A stretch of DNA of 64,000 nt from Squalus acanthias (Eukaryota): contig CM059431.1 of assembly GCA_030390025.1 (NCBI GenBank), positions 129,148,001-129,212,000 on the forward strand, written 5' to 3'. The translations under genes and the position numbers were made by a program. The notes beneath the pieces are model-generated. The model was not told the origin of the DNA and searched no databases. It saw nothing but the letters and a program-made list of their open reading frames with translations. Shown here one piece after another: positions 58,396-64,000 of the stretch (its first letter is position 1; the number at the start of each line of letters is the position of its first letter).

Positions 58396-59856
58396 TGGCT
58401 TTATAAATAGAGGCATAGAGTAAAAGAGCAAGGAAATGATGCTAAATCTTTATAAATCACTGGTTAGGACTAAGCTGGAACTTGGGGCGATTTTGCAAGC
58501 TCTGGGGAGGCGGGTATGGAGGCGGGACTGCTGGGAAAATGGCAGAATCTGGGGGCGGGTACCCATCCCGCCCCAACCCACCTCCGTGCCATCGTCCCAG
58601 GAGGCGGGTACCCGACCCGCGCTGGGAGCCGCCTCCTCGAGGCGGGAAGGGGATTAGTGCGAATGAACTGCCTGTTAACAGGTAGTTAACGGGCAGTTTT
58701 TTGGATAATCCCTATTTTGCCACCTAAATTGTGGGCTTACCGACGGCTCCGAACCTCGCCAGGGTCAGCGAGGTGAGCCGTGGGTCTGCGGGGGTCGGAG
58801 GGGCTGAGATGTCTGGTGTGCAGGTGAGTGATGGGTGCATGTGTGAAGAGGTAAGTGTGTGAGGTGAGTCTTAAGTGTTTTAAAAGCTTTACTTACCTTT
58901 GCTTCTTCCTCCAGACTTCATCCCTTCAGGTCTCGCGAGTCCCTCATCTCACCGGCAGAGAAAGCAGAATGGCCGCTGCATTCTCAAATGCATCAGCCTT
59001 CTGCTTTCTGCTCAGGAGAGATCTCTAACCGAGCCTGTGTCCCAGGACTCAACTTAGAAGACAGATTGTCAGTGTTTGACAGCTTCACAGAGCTCTCAAA
59101 CGATGACAATTCATCTGTCAATAGCTCTTGACAGATGATACTTCACTCGCTGACGTCACCAGTAACCGGCTTTCCTTTAATCAGCCTGCTAAGCCCGCTG
59201 GGCAGGCTTAACAAGGTCAATCAAGAGAAAATATCGGGGGTTGGCCGGATGTTGATGGAGGTGGGACTGAAACTCAACAAGCAGCAGTCCCGCCTCCATC
59301 ACGTCCCCATTGGCAAAATCACCCCCATTGTGTCCAATTCTGGTCACTGCACTTTAGGAAGGATGTCAAGGCCTTAGAGACAGTGCAGAGGAGATTTACA
59401 AGAATGGTACCAAAGATGAGGGACTTCAGCTCTGTGGAGAGACTAGAGAAGCTGGGGTTGTTCACCTAAGAGCAGAGAAGGTTAAGGGGAAATTTAGTGG
59501 AGGTGTTCAAAATTATGAAAGGTTTTGATTGAGTAGATAGGGAGAAACTGTTTCCACTGGCAGGAGCGTCAGTAACCAGAGGACACAGGTTTAAGATAAT
59601 TGGCAAAAGAACCAGGAGGAAATGAGGAGAATTTTGTTACGCAGAGAGTTGTTATGATCTGGAACGCACTGCCTGAAAGGGTGGTGGAAGCAGATTCAAT
59701 AGTAACTTTCAAATGGAAATTGGACATATACTTGAAAAGGAAAAATTTGCAGGGCTATGGAGAAAGAACAGGAGAGTGGGACGAATTGCAAAGAGTCACC
59801 ACAGGCACAATGGGTTGATTGGCCTCCTTCTGTGCTCTATGATTCTATGATTTATG
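58396..59856 (+). mobile_element. CR1 3' fragment interrupted by a MITE
   Basis: MMLNLYKSLVRTKLE | insert | CVQFWSLHFRK...TQRVVMIWNALP. Tail (TATGATTC)-like at ~59838-59856. Confidence 0.85.
58484..59326. mobile_element. Harbinger-type MITE
   Basis: TIRs GGGGCGATTTTGC / GCAAAATCACCCC. Flanks CTT / ATT are compatible with a mutated 3-bp TSD. Removing it restores CR1 coding sequence. Confidence 0.8.
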
Positions 59857-60139
59857 ATATGTACAGGGAGGCGGGGAGCATGCTGGGGCATGCGTCAGCG
59901 GCTGGGAAACCCAGGAATGCGAAAGTCCTTCTAAACTTAATGGCAGGACCTCATATAATTTTTTTACTCCATTACCTGCCTGGCAGCCGGCCAGATTGAA
60001 GGCTGGCTAACTGTCAGCAGGGAAAGCCTGCACTACAAGGCAGCAGGTGGGGAACACAGGGAAAGGTCCCTGGTAATCGAGGAGATCGGGGGTCGGTGCA
60101 GGGAAGGCTGAAATCTCAGAGGTGCTTAGATCACAGGCA

Positions 60140-63100
60140 GAAGAGAGATTACGGGGGGTGGGAATGATCGCAGGGATGGAGGAGAGATCGCGGGAGGGCA
60201 GATCGTGGGGAGGTGGAGAAATCATAAAGGGGAAGAGAGATCACGGGGAGGAGGAGATATCAGGGGAGGGGGAGAGATCGCGGGGAGAGACCGCGGGGAG
60301 AGATCGCGGGGAGAGAAAGTGCGTGGGGGGAGAGAGATCGCAGGGAGAGATCGCGGGGTGGAGGAGAGATTACAGGGAGAGATCGTGGGAAGAGATCACG
60401 GGAAGGGGAGAGATTGCAGGGAGAGGTCGCGGGGAGAGGTCGCGGGAAAAGAGAGATTGCGGGGGGAGAGAGAATGCGGGGAGAGATCGCGGGGGAGAGA
60501 GATCGCGGGGAGAGTTCGTAGGGAGGGGGGAGAGATTGCGGGGTGAGTATGCGGGGAGGGGGGAGAGATCACAGGGAGAGATCGTGGGGGAGAGAGATCG
60601 CGGGGAGAGATCGTGGGGGGAGAGAGATCGCGGGGGGAGAGAGATCGCGGGGAGAGATCGTGGGGGGAGAGAGATCGCAGGGGGAGAGAGATCGCAGGGG
60701 GAGAGATCGCGGGGAGAGATCGCGGGGGGAGATCGTGGGGGGAGAGAGATCGTGGGGAGAGATCGTGGGGGGAGAGAGATCGCAGGGGGAGAGAGATCGC
60801 GGGGAGAGATCGTGGGGGGAGAGAGATCGCAGGGGGAGAGAGATCGCGGGGAGAGATCGCGGGGGGAGATCACGGGGAGGGGGAGATTGCGGGGAGGGGA
60901 GAGATCGCGGGGAGGGGGAGAGATCGTGGGGAGGGGAGAGATCACGGGGAGCGGGGGCGATCACGGGGAGGGGAGAGATCGCAGGGGGAGAGAGATCGTG
61001 GGGAGAGATTGTGGGGAGAGATCGTGGGGAGGGGGAGAGCTCACGGGGAGGGGGGAGATCGCAGGAAGGGGAGAGATCGGGGGAGGGGAGATCGCGAGGA
61101 GAGGAGAGATCGCGGGAGGGGGGAGAGAGATTGCGGGGAGAAATCGCGGGGAGAGATTGCGGGGGAAGAGAGATCGTGGGGACAGTTCGTGGGGAAAGAT
61201 CGCAGGGAGAGATCGCGGGGAGAGATCTCGGGGAGGGGGAAATCACGGGGGGGAGATCGTGGGGAGAGAGTGATCACGGGGAGCAGAGAGATTGCGGGGA
61301 GGGGGGAGGTTGCGGGGAGAGATTGCGGGGGGAGAGAGATCATGGGGAGAGATCGAGGGGAGAGATCGCCGGGAGAGATCGCGGGGAGAGAGATCGCGGG
61401 GGGAGAGAGATCGCAGGGAGAGATCGCGGGGAGAGAGATCGCGGGGGGAGAGAGATCGCAGGGAGAGATCGCGGGGAGAGAGATCGCAGGGGGAGCGAGA
61501 TCGCGGGGAGAGATCACGGGGAGGGGGAGATCGCGGAGAGGGGAGAGATCGCGGGGAGGGGGAGAGATCACAGGGGGAGAGAGATCATGGGGAGAGATTG
61601 TGGGGAGAGATCGGGGGAGGGGGAGATATCGGGGAGGGGGAGAGATCGTGGGGAGGGGGAGATCGCGGGGAGGGGAGAGATCGCAATGGAGGGGGAGAGA
61701 TCGCGGGGAGGGGGAGATCGCGGGGAGAGGAGAGATCGCGGGGAGGGGGAGATATCGGGGGAGGGGGAGAGATCGTGGGGAGGGGGAGATCGCGGGGAGG
61801 GGGAGAGATCGCGGGGAGGGGGAGAGATCACGGGGAGGGGGAGAGGTGGCGGGGAGAGATGACGGGGAGGGGGAGATCGCGGGGAAGGATAGATCATGGG
61901 GAGAGATCATAGGGAGAGATCGTGGGGAGAGATCGCGGGGGGAAAGAGATCGCGGGGAGAGATCACAGGAGGAGAGAGATCACGGGGAGAGAGATCGGGG
62001 GGGAGAGAGATCGCGGGGAGAGATCACAAGGGGAGAGAGATCGCGGGGGGGAGAGAGATCGTGGGGAGAGAGAGATCGCGGGGAGAGATCGAGGGGGGAG
62101 AGAGATCGCGGGGAGAGACCGCGGGGGGAGAGAGATCGCAGGGGTAAGATCACATGGGGTGAGAGATCGCGGGGAGAGATCGCGGGGGGAGAGAGATCGC
62201 GGGGAGAGATTGCGGGGGGAGAGAGATCGCGGGGTGAGTTCGCGGGGAGGGGGAGAGATCGCAGGGAGAGATCGTGGGGGGAGAGAGATCGCGGGGGGAG
62301 AGAGATCGCGGGGAGAGACCGCGGGGGGAGAGAGATCGCAGGGAGAGATCACATGGGGAGAGAGATTGCGGGGAGAGATCGCGGGGGAGAGAGAGCGCGG
62401 GGAGAGATCGCGGGGGGAGAGATATTGCGGGGTGAGTTCGCGGAGAGGGGGAGAGATCGCAGGGAGAGATCGTGGGGGGAGAGAGATCGGCGGGGAGAGA
62501 GATCGTGGGGGAAGAGAGATCGCAGGGAGAGATCGTGGGGTGAGAGAGATCGTGGGGGGAGATCGTGGGGGGAGAGAGATCGCGGGGGGAGATCGTGGGG
62601 GGAGAAAGAGCGCGGGAGGAGAGAGATCGCAGGGGGAGAGAGATCGCCGGGAGAGATCGCGGGGGGAGATCGCGGGGAGGGGGAGATCGCGGGGAGGGGA
62701 GAGAGCGCGGGGAGGGGGAGACATCGTGGGGAGGGGAGAGATAGGGGGAGGGGAGAGATTGTGGGGAGGGGGAGATCGCGGGGAGAGGAGAGATCGCAGG
62801 AGTGGGGGGATCACGGGGAGGGGAGAGATCGCGGGAGGGGAGAGATCACGGGGAGAGATCACGGGGAGAGATCGCGGGGAGGGGGATGATCGCAGGGGGG
62901 GAGATCACGGGAAGGGGGAGATCATGGGGGGAAAGATCGTGGGGAGAGGTCGCGGGGAGAGATCACGGAGAGAGATCGCGGGGAGGGGGAGATCGCGGGG
63001 AGAGATCGTGGGGGGGAGAGATCACGGGGAGAGATCGTGGGGGGGAGAGATCGTGGGGAGAGATCGCGGGGGGAGATTGCAGGGAGAGATCGCGGGGTGA

Positions 63101-64000
63101 GATCGCAGGGGAGAGAGATTGCGGGGCGAGATCGCGGGGGGAGATCGCAGGGAGAGATCGCGGGGGGAGAGTGATCGTGGGGCGAGAGAGATCGCGGGGA
63201 GAGTTTGTGGGGAGAGATTGCGGGGGAAGAGAGATCGTGGGGAGATATCGTGGGGAAAGATCGCAGGGAGAGATCACGGGAAGAGATCACGGGGAGCGGG
63301 AAATCATGGGGGGGAGATCGCGGGGAGAGAGTGATCACGGGGAGCGAAGAGATCGCGGGGAGGGAGGAGGTTGCGGGGAGAGATTGCGGGGGGAGAGAGA
63401 TCATGGGGAGAGATCGCGGGGAGAGATCGCGGGGGGAGAGTGATCGTGGGGCGAGAGAGATCGCGGGGAGAGAGATCGCGGGGGAGAGAGATCGCAGGGA
63501 GCGATCAAGGGGAGAGAGAGATCGCGGGGAGAGATCACGGGGAGAGAGATCGTGGGGAGAGATCGCCGGGAGAGAGAGATCGCGGGGAGAGAGAGATCAC
63601 GGGGAGAGAGATTGCGAGGGGAGAGAGATCACGGGGAGAGATCACAGTGGGAGAGAGATTGCGAGGGGAGAGAGATCACGGGGAGAGATCACAGTGGGAG
63701 AGAGATCGCGGGGGGAGAGAGATCGTGGGGAGAGATCACGGGGAGAGAGATCGCGGGGGGAGAGAGATCGCAGGGAGAGATCAAGGGGAGAGAGAGATCG
63801 CGGGGAGAGATCACGGGGAGAGAGATCGCGGGGAGAGATCGCGGGGAGAGAGATCGCGGGGGGAGAGAGATCGCAGGGAGAGATCAAGGGGAGAGAGAGA
63901 TCGCGGGGAGAGATCACGGGGAGAGAGATCGCGGGGAGAGATCGCCGGGGGAGAGAGATCGCGGGGAGAGAGAGATCGCAGGGAGGGGGGAAATCGTGGG
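60140..64000. repeat. G-rich minisatellite, ~13-17-bp unit GGGG(GG)AGA(GA)GATCGC, running off the window end
   Basis: Hundreds of tandem GAGATCGCGGGG variants with extreme purine strand bias and higher-order duplicated blocks. Confidence 0.97.

Noticed and set aside
60122..63917. Very long RG/GE-rich and SP/LP-rich ORFs (up to 758 aa) in all frames
   Set aside because: They arise because the minisatellite unit lacks stop codons. They are open on both strands, with no gene signals.

Overview
Eukaryotic, repeat-saturated, intergenic or intronic DNA. It is almost certainly from a cartilaginous fish (shark/ray), because it carries an HE1-type V-SINE and SacSINE1-type DeuSINEs. No host protein-coding gene could be recognised. 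Main contents: (1) An RTE-clade LINE (1-4797) interrupted by a CR1 fragment and a solo LTR. (2) At least three two-gene PIF/Harbinger DNA transposons (DDE transposase plus a convergent 3-exon Myb/SANT-like gene). One is complete with 15-bp TIRs and an AAT TSD (5633-13047), one has a transposase broken by a single stop codon, and one lacks its catalytic core. Harbinger-type MITEs and remnants are also present. (3) Many nested CR1 and L2 LINE fragments. (4) Three Penelope-like insertions with 11-12-bp TSDs. Their pLTRs carry four minimal hammerhead-ribozyme motifs, and one insertion is a ~720-bp fold-back palindrome. (5) Three long TG...CA solo LTRs with 4-bp TSDs. Two belong to one family whose TATA / R-region splice donor / poly(A) layout resembles foamy-virus LTRs. 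(6) A >3.8-kb G-rich (GGGGAGAGATCGC)n minisatellite that appears to have expanded from inside a MITE. Coordinates of degraded repeats are approximate. Family names are from recall and were not verified by database search.
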